Below are positions 18,675-28,702 of a DNA stretch of 64,000 nucleotides, piece by piece (the stretch's first letter is position 1; every line of letters begins with the position of its first letter). The DNA comes from Candidatus Wallbacteria bacterium. GTDB lineage: Bacteria; Muiribacteriota; UBA9980. The notes under the pieces were generated by a model. It did not search any database, had not been told where the DNA came from, and saw nothing but the letters and a program-made list of their open reading frames with translations. Location: contig JAKJHQ010000001.1 in assembly GCA_022703765.1 (NCBI GenBank), positions 145,854 through 209,853 of the forward strand, given 5' to 3'. A program made the position numbers and the translations under genes.

Positions 18675-19970
18675 ATGACAGTTAACAAAAAGGCTTTTAA
18701 AAAGAGTTTTTTCGTTTTAATCGCTCTGATCGTAAGTTTCGCGCTGATGGCCCCCGGGGGCGCCGCATATTCGAAAGACGCGGTGGAAGAACAACTTCGC
18801 GATTCAGGCTTCAACGACGACATGATTCAGAAAATCATGAATAAAAACACCGACAACACTCTTAAAAAATCCGCTAAAGAAAAGGTTTATCCTGCGCTCA
18901 AACCTTCTCCCGGCGATAAATCCGGCGCCGATAAAAGCGCCGACGAACTTCTCGCCGACACCATTTTAATAGCCGAAAATACCGCGGGCGACGGCGCGAC
19001 CGCATCCGACGCGGGCGCTAAAGTTCCGGCCGCTAAAAAAAGCGCGCCTAAAAAAGACGGCAAAAGCACGCAGGTTCTATCCGTAGACGAACTCTACGGC
19101 GGCAACTTATACACCGAAGACGAATCGGACGTTAAAAAAATAAAGGCCCGCGACGAAAAGATTTATTACCCCGGCGTAATTTCTTCCAGCATAACCGGCA
19201 CTACCGGCTTAATTTACACGCAGACAGCGCATACGCTCAAAAAAGGGCAGTTCAACATCGGCGCGCACATAGTATATAACACTATCTCAAAGCAAAACAA
19301 CAACAAGATATCGTTTTTGAACGACGAATACGCTCACCAGTACCAGTTCCCTATTAACGTAACCGTCGGCGCGCTCGATAACTTCGAACTAGGCTTTATC
19401 TTTCCCGGCCAGTCGTGGAAAATCAACTGCTCCTCGCTTAAGCCTCAAAACGACAGCGGCTCGGGCATGGGCGATATAGGCATGAAAATGAAATATAAAC
19501 TTCCCATGCAGCCGGAATCGCCCACTTCGCTCGCGGTAGGCTGGGGCGTTAAATTTCCGACCGCGGACAAAAAGACGATGTATGTCATGGGCGCCACCGG
19601 CGAAGCCGACTACGACGTATTCGCGGCGCTTTCGCAAAAACTTTCATCGGCCAACGTCCATATCAACCTGGGCTACACCTCCACCGGCGACCCGCGCTCT
19701 TCTCAGGCCGGCCAGAGGCTCTTCGTCGACGATAAATTCGTATATAACCTCGGCGTGGATTTTTCCAAAACCGACGACCTGACGCTCAGCTTCGAATTGA
19801 ACGGCGAAAACTGGGGCGCCATGGGCACAAAGCTTGATTTCACCCCCGCGCTCAGAACGCGCGTAAATAAAGACCTTATTCTCGACGCGGCGCTGCCCGT
19901 ATCGTTTTATAACGATCAGGAATACGGATATAACTTTAAATTCATAATGGGCGCCACTTACATGTTCTAA
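18675..19970 (+). CDS. Outer-membrane beta-barrel protein (porin-like)
   Basis: Signal peptide, C-terminal ...YMF aromatic terminus, and alternating beta-strand pattern. The start was moved from the GTG at 18666 to ATG 18675, with AAGGAAAG upstream. Confidence 0.6.
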   Translation: MTVNKKAFKKSFFVLIALIVSFALMAPGGAAYSKDAVEEQLRDSGFNDDMIQKIMNKNTDNTLKKSAKEKVYPALKPSPGDKSGADKSADELLADTILIAENTAGDGATASDAGAKVPAAKKSAPKKDGKSTQVLSVDELYGGNLYTEDESDVKKIKARDEKIYYPGVISSSITGTTGLIYTQTAHTLKKGQFNIGAHIVYNTISKQNNNKISFLNDEYAHQYQFPINVTVGALDNFELGFIFPGQSWKINCSSLKPQNDSGSGMGDIGMKMKYKLPMQPESPTSLAVGWGVKFPTADKKTMYVMGATGEADYDVFAALSQKLSSANVHINLGYTSTGDPRSSQAGQRLFVDDKFVYNLGVDFSKTDDLTLSFELNGENWGAMGTKLDFTPALRTRVNKDLILDAALPVSFYNDQEYGYNFKFIMGATYMF

Positions 19971-20049
19971 CCTTAAAGCAAAATTAAAGCGTAAATTAAA
20001 GAAAATATAAATTCTGTAAATCGAGTATGAAGTAAAAAGACGGCGTCGC

Positions 20050-20082
20050 CCCAAAGGCGCGCCGTTTTTTAATTTCCGCTTT
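20050..20082 (+). terminator. Rho-independent terminator after the outer-membrane protein gene
   Basis: GC-rich hairpin GACGGCGTCGCC..GGCGCGCCGTC followed by TTTTTT. Confidence 0.5.
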
Positions 20083-20231
20083 CGCTTTTTAAAAACGCCG
20101 CCGCCGCGATTATAAGCGCCGCTGCGGACCATTTGATTTTACCCGTTCGTTGTGTTATAATATTATCCAGTTAAAAATTCATGGCGTAAAAAACAATCAC
20201 AGATCTTTAAATAAAATCGGAGGTTTTATCA

Positions 20232-21263
20232 ATGTCGTTTATTTCCAGAAGTTATCGTTCGATCATAATCGCCGTTATAACCGTCATCCTCGCGGCGTCG
20301 GCCGCGTACTGCCAGCAGGCTAAAAAAATCACCGTCGGCGTTTCCCTTCCCACACAGCGTGAAGAACGCTGGGTGCGCGACGCCAGGCAGCTCGAAGATG
20401 AAGCTAAAAAACGCGGAATCGAGATAAAAATGCAGATTTCCGACAACGACGCCATGAAACAGGTCGCCCAGTGCGAAAATTTAATCGCGGGCGGAATCGA
20501 TATTCTCATACTCGCCCCTCACGACGCCACCGGCGCCGCCCCCATCGTAGAAAACGCCCATAACGCCGGAATAAAAGTCATATCCTACGACAGGCTCATA
20601 TTAAACGCCGACTGCGACCTCTACGTTTCATTCGATAACGAAAAAGTCGGCGAGCTCCAGGGAGAATTCATAACCAGAACCGTGCCCAAAGGCAATTATA
20701 TAATACTTTCAGGCTCGCCCACCGATAATAACGCCGCTATGTTTAAAGCCGGCGCCATGAAGATTATAAAACCGCTCGCAGATAAGGGCGATATCAAAAT
20801 AGTTATGGAACAGGCAGTTAAAGACTGGCAGCCCTCCGAAGCCATGAAAATCGTAGAAAACGCCCTCACGGCCAACGATAATAAAATAGACGCCGTGCTC
20901 GCGCCAAACGACGGCACCGCCGGCGGCGCAATACAGGCCCTCGCCGCGCAAAAAATGGACGGCAAAGTAACCGTAACCGGTCAGGACTCGGAACTTTCCG
21001 GCGCGCAGAGAATCGCCGAAGGCTCCCAATCCATGACCGTCTTTAAAGACACCCGCAAACTGGCCATAGCCGCAATCGACGCCGCGGAAAAAATCCTTTC
21101 TTCAAAAGAAGTCGAAATCACAAAAAAAATCAATAACAATAAAAGCGATATCCCGGCGCTGCTTCTCACCCCCGTCGCCGTCGATAAAAGCAATATAGAC
21201 AAAGAACTGATAGAAAGCGGTTACCTCACTAAAGAAGAAGTCTATAAAAACGTTAAAAAATAA
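20232..21263 (+). CDS. Sugar ABC transporter periplasmic binding protein (CUT2, XylF/ChvE-like)
   Basis: Signal peptide and periplasmic-binding-protein type I pattern. It is the first gene of a binding-protein/ATPase/permease operon. Confidence 0.85.
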   Translation: MSFISRSYRSIIIAVITVILAASAAYCQQAKKITVGVSLPTQREERWVRDARQLEDEAKKRGIEIKMQISDNDAMKQVAQCENLIAGGIDILILAPHDATGAAPIVENAHNAGIKVISYDRLILNADCDLYVSFDNEKVGELQGEFITRTVPKGNYIILSGSPTDNNAAMFKAGAMKIIKPLADKGDIKIVMEQAVKDWQPSEAMKIVENALTANDNKIDAVLAPNDGTAGGAIQALAAQKMDGKVTVTGQDSELSGAQRIAEGSQSMTVFKDTRKLAIAAIDAAEKILSSKEVEITKKINNNKSDIPALLLTPVAVDKSNIDKELIESGYLTKEEVYKNVKK

Positions 21264-21302
21264 CGAGAGTTGATAAATTTGAACGAAACTAACGCACTCG
21301 CA

Positions 21303-22802
21303 ATGAAAAATATTACCAAAACTTTTCCCGGCGTCAAAGCGCTTTCCGAAGTGAGCTTCAGCGTGAAAAAAGGCGAAATACACGCGCTGGTCGGCGAAAA
21401 CGGCGCCGGCAAATCCACGCTTATGAAAGTGCTCAGCGGCGTATATCCCGGCGGAACCTTCGAAGGCGAAATAACGGTCGGCGGCGCCGCAAAGGACTTT
21501 CAAGGCATAAAAGACAGCGAAGCGGCCGGAATAGCCATAATTTATCAGGAACTGGCCCTGGTAGGACAGTTGAGCGTATGCGAAAATATCCTTCTGGGAC
21601 ACGAAATATGCGACGGCTTCGGTAAAATCGACTGGAACGCTTCGTTCGAAAAAGCTTCGCGCGCCCTGAAAAAAGTCGGCCTGAACATCAGCCCGGCCCA
21701 TAAAACCATGAACCTGGGAGTCGGCGAGCAGCAGCTGGTAGAAATAGCCAAGGCGCTGGCCAAAAACAGCGATATACTTATACTTGACGAGCCTACCGCC
21801 GCTCTCACCGAAAGCGAATCCAACAGGCTCATCGCGATATTAAAAGAACTCCGTAAAGAAGGAATAACGTGCATTTACATATCGCACAGGCTTAAAGAAG
21901 TTTTCGAACTGGCCGATACCATAACGGTTTTAAGAGACGGCCGGACCGTCGCTACCGCGGCTGCGAAGGATTTCGACGAACAAAAACTCATAGCCACCAT
22001 GGTCGGACGCGAACTCAAACAAATATACCCGCGCAAAAAACGCGAATGCGGAAAAATAATATTCGAAATCAAAGATTACACAGTCTACGACCCCGCGCGC
22101 GGCGCCGACTCGGTCAAAAATGTCAGCTTCACGCTGCACCAGGGCGAAATACTCGGCTTTTCAGGCCTGGTGGGCGCGGGCCGCAGCGAACTTTTCATGA
22201 ATTTAATTAACGCCTCCGGCCGAAAAACCGGCGGAGAAGTTTTTCTCGAAGGCAAAAAAATCGATATACGCGACGTAAACGACGCCATCCAAAAGAAAAT
22301 CATGCTCGTTTCAGAAGACCGTAAACGCTACGGCCTCGTTTTAATGATGGATATCAATAAAAATATATCCCTGGCAAGCCTCGAAAAAGTTTCGAGACAT
22401 TCAGTCATTAACGCTAACGCCGAAATCAAAAACGCCGAAAAATACACCGCCGCGCTTAAAATCAAAACGCCCTCCGTCGAACAGAAAACCCGTAACTTGA
22501 GCGGCGGCAATCAACAGAAAGTCGTGCTGGCAAAATCGCTGATGATCGAACCCCGCATCCTGATACTCGACGAACCCACGCGCGGCATAGACGTCGGAGC
22601 AAAATTAGAAATTTATAATATTATTAACGAACTCGTCGATTCGGGAGTGGGCGTCATAATCATATCTTCCGATCTTCCGGAAATAATCGGCATGAGCGAC
22701 CGTGTGGCGGTTATGCACGAAGGGCGCCTTAAAGCCGTGCTGGATATTTCCGAAGCCACGCAGGAAAATATTATGCGCCACGCCACCGGAACGGCGGCAT
22801 AA
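21303..22802 (+). CDS. Sugar ABC transporter ATP-binding protein with two fused ABC domains (XylG/RbsA-like)
   Basis: Two Walker A motifs (GENGAGKST, GLVGAGRSE) and two LSGG signatures. The start is uncertain, being either TTG 21270 or ATG 21303. Confidence 0.85.
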   Translation: MKNITKTFPGVKALSEVSFSVKKGEIHALVGENGAGKSTLMKVLSGVYPGGTFEGEITVGGAAKDFQGIKDSEAAGIAIIYQELALVGQLSVCENILLGHEICDGFGKIDWNASFEKASRALKKVGLNISPAHKTMNLGVGEQQLVEIAKALAKNSDILILDEPTAALTESESNRLIAILKELRKEGITCIYISHRLKEVFELADTITVLRDGRTVATAAAKDFDEQKLIATMVGRELKQIYPRKKRECGKIIFEIKDYTVYDPARGADSVKNVSFTLHQGEILGFSGLVGAGRSELFMNLINASGRKTGGEVFLEGKKIDIRDVNDAIQKKIMLVSEDRKRYGLVLMMDINKNISLASLEKVSRHSVINANAEIKNAEKYTAALKIKTPSVEQKTRNLSGGNQQKVVLAKSLMIEPRILILDEPTRGIDVGAKLEIYNIINELVDSGVGVIIISSDLPEIIGMSDRVAVMHEGRLKAVLDISEATQENIMRHATGTAA

Positions 22803-22854
22803 CGAAGGCTTATAATTATAAGCCGCTTAAAATAATAAAACGAAAGGGTAATTT

Positions 22855-24039
22855 ATGCAGGATAACGAAACGTCCCTATATCAAACCGCCGTAAATTCGT
22901 TCAAAAACAATTTCCGGCAGTACACCATGATAATAGCCCTGGCGGCCATATGGATAATATTCACTTTCGCCACGAACCACATATTTATCACGCCCCGGAA
23001 CCTTTCAAATCTATTCCTGCAGACCGTTCCGGTCGCAATACTGGCCGCCGGAATGACGCTTATCATAGTCACCGGCAATATTGACCTTTCGGTCGGCGCG
23101 CTCGCCGGATTTTGCGGCGCCGTGGCCGCCGTTTTACAGGTCAAATACCAGTTCGGCACTTTCAGCGTTATCCTCGCCGCGCTCGGCGTCGGATTGGTAA
23201 TAGGCCTCTGGCACGGTTTCTGGATCGCATATCAGAAGGTCCCGGCTTTCATAGTTACGCTTTCAAGCATGCTCGCCCTGCGCGGCGCAGTGCTCGGCGT
23301 CACCGACGGAATGACCATCGGACCCATGCAGGACTCGTTCAAGGCAATCGGCCAGAAATACCTGCCGCCTTACTTTTCCGCCGGAGCCGGTTTTAACGAT
23401 TCAAGCCTCGCGGTGGCCCTGATATGCATAACGCTTTTTCTAATATTCGACTGGAACGGCCGCAGAGCCAGAATTAAATTCGGTTTCGAAGTCCTTCCAC
23501 TCAACGCCCAGATCCTCAGAATGACGCTTATAGCTCTGGCCATGGCGGCTTTCTTTTCAGTAATGATCTTCTACCAGGGCATAGCCTACAGCGTCCTGCT
23601 GCTTATCGCCATAACGGTTGTTTTCAGCTTCGTCTCCACCGACACCGTATTCGGCCGCAGGCTTTATGCGATAGGCGGAAACGCCGACGCCGCCAGGCTC
23701 TCCGGAATAAATATCGAGAAAAATATCCTGATGCTATACCTGATCTACGGCGTCCTCACCGCCGTGGCCGGAGTCGTCCTCACCGCACGCCTCAACGCCG
23801 CCACAACATCGGCCGGCACTAATATGGAACTCGACGCGATCGCCGCCGCCGTTATAGGCGGAACAAGCCTGCTCGGCGGCGAAGGTACCATCGTCGGCGC
23901 GATAATCGGCGCGCTTATAATGGCAAGCCTCGATAACGGAATGAGCCTTATGAATATGAATATCACTTACCAGTATATAATAAAGGGCATGATCCTGCTG
24001 TTCGCGGTCTGGCTCGATATTTACAACCGCAGAAAATAA
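22855..24039 (+). CDS. Sugar ABC transporter permease (XylH/GguB-like)
   Basis: Polytopic membrane protein of ~394 aa, typical of CUT2 permeases. Confidence 0.85.
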   Translation: MQDNETSLYQTAVNSFKNNFRQYTMIIALAAIWIIFTFATNHIFITPRNLSNLFLQTVPVAILAAGMTLIIVTGNIDLSVGALAGFCGAVAAVLQVKYQFGTFSVILAALGVGLVIGLWHGFWIAYQKVPAFIVTLSSMLALRGAVLGVTDGMTIGPMQDSFKAIGQKYLPPYFSAGAGFNDSSLAVALICITLFLIFDWNGRRARIKFGFEVLPLNAQILRMTLIALAMAAFFSVMIFYQGIAYSVLLLIAITVVFSFVSTDTVFGRRLYAIGGNADAARLSGINIEKNILMLYLIYGVLTAVAGVVLTARLNAATTSAGTNMELDAIAAAVIGGTSLLGGEGTIVGAIIGALIMASLDNGMSLMNMNITYQYIIKGMILLFAVWLDIYNRRK

Positions 24040-24055
24040 GCCGTTTTAAATACTT

Positions 24056-24343
24056 TGTTTTTTGATAAGGGAAGGCAAGGGACCAAAGGCCCCTTCCTTC
24101 CCTTAAAATCCCTTCCAACCCCAAATCAGCCTGACGCTTTATTAATGTGAAGTGCCGGCTTTTCTGCCGGATCTTTAATTCTGCTATGCTTTTTTCTTAA
24201 ATCGCTACAAATTCTTTTTTGATTATCCTTTATTTTCCTTAACTGCCAAAATTTCTTTTCGCTTTGTTTTTCTGTTTTTTGTTTCTGTTTTTTGCAGACG
24301 CGCGCTTACGCTCGCGTCTGCGCTGCAATAATGGCTTGCTGGT
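24056..24343 (+). repeat. Intergenic repeat element, copy 2
   Basis: Hairpin at 24069-24102 and palindrome at 24295-24321. It is collinear with copy 1. Confidence 0.7.
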
Positions 24344-24394
24344 TAGTTAACTTAAGGGTTTTATATTTACTTTTCGGTTAATCAACTTTTATTT

Positions 24395-24592
24395 AATTTG
24401 CTTTTAAGCTTGTAGCAGGGGCCAGACAAAATTTTTGAGGAGCGTTGCGGAGGCCCTGGAGCCCAGGGAGGGGCGAGAAGGGCCGAGCACGAGCGGCAAA
24501 AATCCCGGAGGGATTTTTGAACGAGTCTCCGAAAAAACTTGTCTGGTACCCTGCCCAAAACTACCAGCTAAAATACAAAAGTTCTTGTTTAA
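24395..24592. ncRNA. Candidate structured ncRNA, unit A of a tandem pair (strand undetermined)
   Basis: Long-range closing helix GCAGGGGCCAGACAA...TTGTCTGGTACCCTGC and an internal perfect hairpin AAAATCCCGGAGGGATTTT. The flanks are conserved with unit B. Confidence 0.4.
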
Positions 24593-24642
24593 AAAACGAT
24601 AAATTTTTATAAAAAAACTTTCAGGTTAAAATCCATTGTTTA

Positions 24643-24894
24643 AATTGTTTTTAAGCTTTTAGCAGGGGCCAGAATAATTTTTGAAGGGGTGTAGCGGAAT
24701 CGCCGGAGCCCAGGGATGGGCGAGATCGGGGCACGGATGCCCTAATGCAGCACGCGCCATGGACGGCAACGGCGTGCTGCGGCGCTGAGCTCAAGCGGCT
24801 AAAATCCCGGAGGGATTTTAGAACGCGTCCCCTAAAAAAATTATCTGGCGCCCTGCCCAAACTACTAGCTAAAATGCAAAAGAACCTGTTTTAA
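24643..24894. ncRNA. Candidate structured ncRNA, unit B, a paralogue of unit A with an inserted ~55-nt helix
   Basis: Same closing helix, with compensatory differences (GCAGGGGCCAGAATAA...TTATCTGGCGCCCTGC), and the same internal hairpin. The extra hairpin is GCAGCACGC..GCGTGCTGC. Confidence 0.4.
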
Positions 24895-25151
24895 GTTTTA
24901 ATAATGGTCATATAAAATTTTAAGAGCTGATACATGAAGCGTTTTAATTTATATAAAGCTCGCTGGGCGAGCCCCAGCCTTAACTATTCACTATCCACTC
25001 TGCACTATTCACTGATAAATTTCCCGAAAGAACCTGTTTTAAGTTTTAATAATGAAAATAAAACAATAATTTAACTCGTAAATTTTAATTGAAATTAAAG
25101 ATAATTCAAAGTATAATATACTGATTAATTTTATAAAATTTCGGAGGCGCA

Positions 25152-26468
25152 ATGTATATTAAAAACGAAAAACTCGGCAGCGAAAAACTTAGATTATATA
25201 ATCTTTTCCCTCGCCTCGCCGGCAATATGACCGAGTGGGCCAAACACCTGCCACGCATCGCGGCGATGAACTTCAACTCCGTTTATATCAACCCTTTTCA
25301 CTATGCCGGATTTTCGGGTTCCCTTTACAGCCCTTCGGATTACTACCGTTTTAATGATCTTTTTATCGACGGCTCTTCAAAATTAAAGCCGGTGGAGCAG
25401 CTTAAACGCTTTATAGACGAGGCGCATAAACTCAACCTGAAAGTCATAATGGACCTGGTAATAAACCACACGGCCATCGATTCGCCACTTACTAAAGAAC
25501 ACCCCGACTGGTATCTGAAAAACGCCGAAGGAAAGATAAAAAACCCCGGCGCCATGCACGACGGTAAAATGGTCCTGTGGGGCGATCTCGCCGAAATCGA
25601 TAACGCCGCTTCTAAAGATATCGATAACCTCTACGAATTCTGGCGCAAACTTGTAATGTACCACCTGGACCTCGGTTTCGACGGGTTCAGATGCGACGCC
25701 GCATACCAGGTGCCTTCTAAATTATGGAAGTTTTTAACGCGCCACGCCAAAAGCAAATATCCCGAAACTTTATTTATCGCCGAAAGCCTCGGCTGCACTA
25801 TAGAAGACGCTATCGTCCTCGCGGAATCCGGCTTCGACTACACGTTCAACAGCTCGAAATACTGGAACTTCAACGAACCATGGCTCATCAAACAATATAA
25901 AGACTCTTTCGAAAAAGTCCGCGGCGTGCCTTCTATCGGTTTCGCCGAATCGCACGATACGCCGAGGCTCTTCAACGAATTAAAAGGCAATGTGGACGCG
26001 ATTTACCAGCGCTGCCAGTTCGTTTCGTTCTTCGCCAGCGGCCTCATGGTCCCCTGCGGCCTCGAATTCGGCTTCAAAAAAGAAATGAACGTAGTCACCA
26101 CCATGCCGTCCGACTGGGAAAACACCGGCATAGACATAAGCGGTTTCTTCAAGAAAATCAACGATATCAAAAACCGTTACAAAATTTTAAACGAGGAATG
26201 CGAGCTTCAGGTGGTAGATCAACCCAACTGGATGAACGTTTTCTGCTTCAGAAAAATATCTTTCGACTCCTCCGAACGCATACTTTGCATTGTAAATAAA
26301 GACGTTCATAGCCATCAGTTCGTGCAGTTCAGCGATATAAACGCCGCCATCGGCTCCGCCGGCGAAGTTATCGACATTTCTCCGCTTTATACGCTCGAAT
26401 CCGTTAATAGAAATTTCGAATATAATCTCAGGCCCGGACAGCTGATATTGCTTTACGCAAAAAATTAA
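25152..26468 (+). CDS. GH13 family alpha-amylase-like protein (GlgE-related catalytic domain)
   Basis: GH13 regions DLVINH, GFRCDAA, IAES and FAESHD are present. The N-terminus resembles the maltosyltransferase (GlgE) catalytic domain, but the 438-aa product is too short for a full GlgE. Confidence 0.75.
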   Translation: MYIKNEKLGSEKLRLYNLFPRLAGNMTEWAKHLPRIAAMNFNSVYINPFHYAGFSGSLYSPSDYYRFNDLFIDGSSKLKPVEQLKRFIDEAHKLNLKVIMDLVINHTAIDSPLTKEHPDWYLKNAEGKIKNPGAMHDGKMVLWGDLAEIDNAASKDIDNLYEFWRKLVMYHLDLGFDGFRCDAAYQVPSKLWKFLTRHAKSKYPETLFIAESLGCTIEDAIVLAESGFDYTFNSSKYWNFNEPWLIKQYKDSFEKVRGVPSIGFAESHDTPRLFNELKGNVDAIYQRCQFVSFFASGLMVPCGLEFGFKKEMNVVTTMPSDWENTGIDISGFFKKINDIKNRYKILNEECELQVVDQPNWMNVFCFRKISFDSSERILCIVNKDVHSHQFVQFSDINAAIGSAGEVIDISPLYTLESVNRNFEYNLRPGQLILLYAKN

Positions 26469-26486
26469 AGCCGGACGGTATATGCT

Positions 26487-26870
26487 ATGAAGAAAAAAAT
26501 CGCGGTTTTCATTACAGGGCTTCTCGTTATAATCGCAGTATATATTTTAGAAGTTAAGCCGCGGCTCCAGGCTTATGAATACGTTAGAAATATGCCCATA
26601 GGCGCCGTAGATATCCAAAAACTCGCGGACGCCACAAAAGAAGGCGAATTCAGCCTTTCCGACATTTATTGCAAGGTAAGGGTGCGCGTCAAAAACAAGA
26701 AAATAGAAAGCATCGAAATCGTTAAAAACGCGACTAACGACCTGGCTAAAAAAGCCGAAAAAGTTACGGAAAAAGTCATAGCCGCTCAATCCTTGAACGT
26801 AGAATGCATAACAGGCGCCACAGCCACTTCGAAAGCCATATTAAAAGCGGTCGAAAACGCTTTAAAATAA
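26487..26870 (+). CDS. FMN-binding domain protein (NqrC/RnfG-like FMN_bind), membrane-anchored
   Basis: N-terminal transmembrane helix and a C-terminal TGATATS flavin-attachment motif. Confidence 0.65.
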   Translation: MKKKIAVFITGLLVIIAVYILEVKPRLQAYEYVRNMPIGAVDIQKLADATKEGEFSLSDIYCKVRVRVKNKKIESIEIVKNATNDLAKKAEKVTEKVIAAQSLNVECITGATATSKAILKAVENALK

Positions 26871-26931
26871 AAAACCAAAAATAAAAATATACAATTTAAA
26901 AGAAATTTAAGGAATAGCTAATTATTAAGAT

Positions 26932-28332
26932 ATGAAAAAATATAACGCGTTAAACGAATCTATTATCAGTCAACTAAAAGCCATAGCGGGCGAAAAATCA
27001 GTTATCACCGAAACCGAAAGAATGGAAGCGTACTCTCACGACGAGCTTCTGGAACCAGCCTGCATGAAATATCCAGAAGCGGTTGTTTTAGCTAAAAACG
27101 CCGGCGAAATTTCTGAAATATTAAAACTTGCCAACCGCGAAAACATTCCGGTAATACCGCGGGGCGCCGGAACCGGACTCACTTCGGCGTCGGTAGCCTG
27201 CTTCGGCGGCATCGTCCTGTCGCTCGAAAAAATGGATAAAATAATCGAAATAGATTCCAGCAATATGTTCATGACGGCGGAAGCCGGAGTTCGCACCGCT
27301 GAAATACAGCGCGCCGCGCGCGAACACGGCATGCTCTACGCCGGAGACCCGTGCAGCGGGGAAAGTTCGTTTATCGGCGGAAACGCCGCCACTAACGCCG
27401 GCGGAAATAAAGCCGTAAAATACGGCACCACGCGCAGGCAGATATACGGCCTTGAAATAGTGACCGCAACGGGTGAAATATTAAATATCGGCGGCAAATG
27501 CATGAAAGATTCCACCGGATACAGCCTTTTAAACCTCATAATAGGCTCCGAAGGCACGCTCGCCGTTATAACGAAAGTATGCCTTAAATTAATGCCGCTT
27601 CCGCCCAATTCCATAGACCTTCTGATAGTATTCGACGATTTCCAAAAAGCCATCGGAACCGTCCCTGAAATAATAAAACTCGGAGTAAACCCCACATGCG
27701 TCGAATTTATGGATAACACGGTGGTTAAAAACTGCGAAAAATTCTTAAAAGAAAAACTGCCGCACAGCGAAAACGGGCACTATATCATAGTCAAAATCGA
27801 GGGCCCGGGCATGGAAGCGCTCGAAGAAGACTCGGTTAAAATCGACGAACTCTGCTCTAAAAGAGGATCGCTCGAAACGCTTGTGGCCGATCCCGCCAGA
27901 ATATGGAAAGCCCGCAACGCCTTCGCGGAAGCGGATAGGGCCGAAAGCCCCGTTTTTTCGGCCGAAGACCTGGTCGTCCCTCCGGCGATGATACCCGAGG
28001 CGGTTAAATATATATCAGAACTCGCCGCAAAATACGGCCTCGTCGTCCACTGCGCCGGACATGCCGCGGACGGCAACGTCCACGCCCATATTTTAAAAGG
28101 CGCGCTCGCCGAAGGCGACTGGCGTGAAAAATTAAACTCGCTTCAAAAAGAACTATACGCAACAGTATATTCAATGGGCGGAAAACTGTCCGGCGAACAC
28201 GGAATCGGATATAAACGCGTAGAACTTATGAGTCAATTCTGCCCGGAGCATGAATTGAACATGATGAAATCTATCAAACAAGCTCTTGATCCTAATTTAA
28301 TCTTAAATCCAGGTAAAATATTTAAAATTTAA
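26932..28332 (+). CDS. FAD-linked oxidase (GlcD/D-lactate dehydrogenase family)
   Basis: FAD-binding PCMH-type pattern, a 466-aa product and a C-terminal oxidase domain. Confidence 0.85.
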   Translation: MKKYNALNESIISQLKAIAGEKSVITETERMEAYSHDELLEPACMKYPEAVVLAKNAGEISEILKLANRENIPVIPRGAGTGLTSASVACFGGIVLSLEKMDKIIEIDSSNMFMTAEAGVRTAEIQRAAREHGMLYAGDPCSGESSFIGGNAATNAGGNKAVKYGTTRRQIYGLEIVTATGEILNIGGKCMKDSTGYSLLNLIIGSEGTLAVITKVCLKLMPLPPNSIDLLIVFDDFQKAIGTVPEIIKLGVNPTCVEFMDNTVVKNCEKFLKEKLPHSENGHYIIVKIEGPGMEALEEDSVKIDELCSKRGSLETLVADPARIWKARNAFAEADRAESPVFSAEDLVVPPAMIPEAVKYISELAAKYGLVVHCAGHAADGNVHAHILKGALAEGDWREKLNSLQKELYATVYSMGGKLSGEHGIGYKRVELMSQFCPEHELNMMKSIKQALDPNLILNPGKIFKI

Positions 28333-28348
28333 ACAACGGAGCTTAATT

Positions 28349-28702
28349 ATGGAAGAATTAAAAACATTCGACGCCGAAAAATTTATGAAACATGTCTTAA
28401 ATAAAAAAGACCTGGCTAACGAAATAATTAATATATTCTTCGAAGACCTTAATATGTTCATGGGAATCATCCGCTCGTCAATCGAATCCGGAGATTATGC
28501 GACGCTGCGTAAAACCGCTCACCGTTTAAAAGGCTCTTCCATCAATGTAAGCGCCGAAAAATTAAGCGCGCTGTTTTTTAAGCTTGAAACTATCGGAAAA
28601 GCCAATTCAATTGTTGGCGCAAATGCTGTTCTCGATGAACTGTTCACCGAAATTGAGGGCTTTAAAGCAGAAATCTCTTCATGGAAAACCGCCTCTCATT
28701 AG
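28349..28702 (+). CDS. Stand-alone Hpt (histidine phosphotransfer) domain protein
   Basis: HRLKGSSINVSAEKL matches the Hpt H-x-x-K-G motif. The product is 117 aa. Confidence 0.7.
   Translation: MEELKTFDAEKFMKHVLNKKDLANEIINIFFEDLNMFMGIIRSSIESGDYATLRKTAHRLKGSSINVSAEKLSALFFKLETIGKANSIVGANAVLDELFTEIEGFKAEISSWKTASH

Noticed and set aside
24395-24894. The idea that the tandem structured units are vault RNAs associated with the MVP homologue
   Set aside because: They lie ~13 kb from the MVP gene in an unrelated neighbourhood. Eukaryotic vtRNAs are ~90-140-nt pol III transcripts with no expected bacterial homologues. There is no sequence evidence linking them to MVP, so they are reported as an independent ncRNA candidate.
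24395-24894. CRISPR array
   Set aside because: Only two long (~200-nt) diverged units are present, with no short regular repeat-spacer periodicity. No cas genes are in the window.
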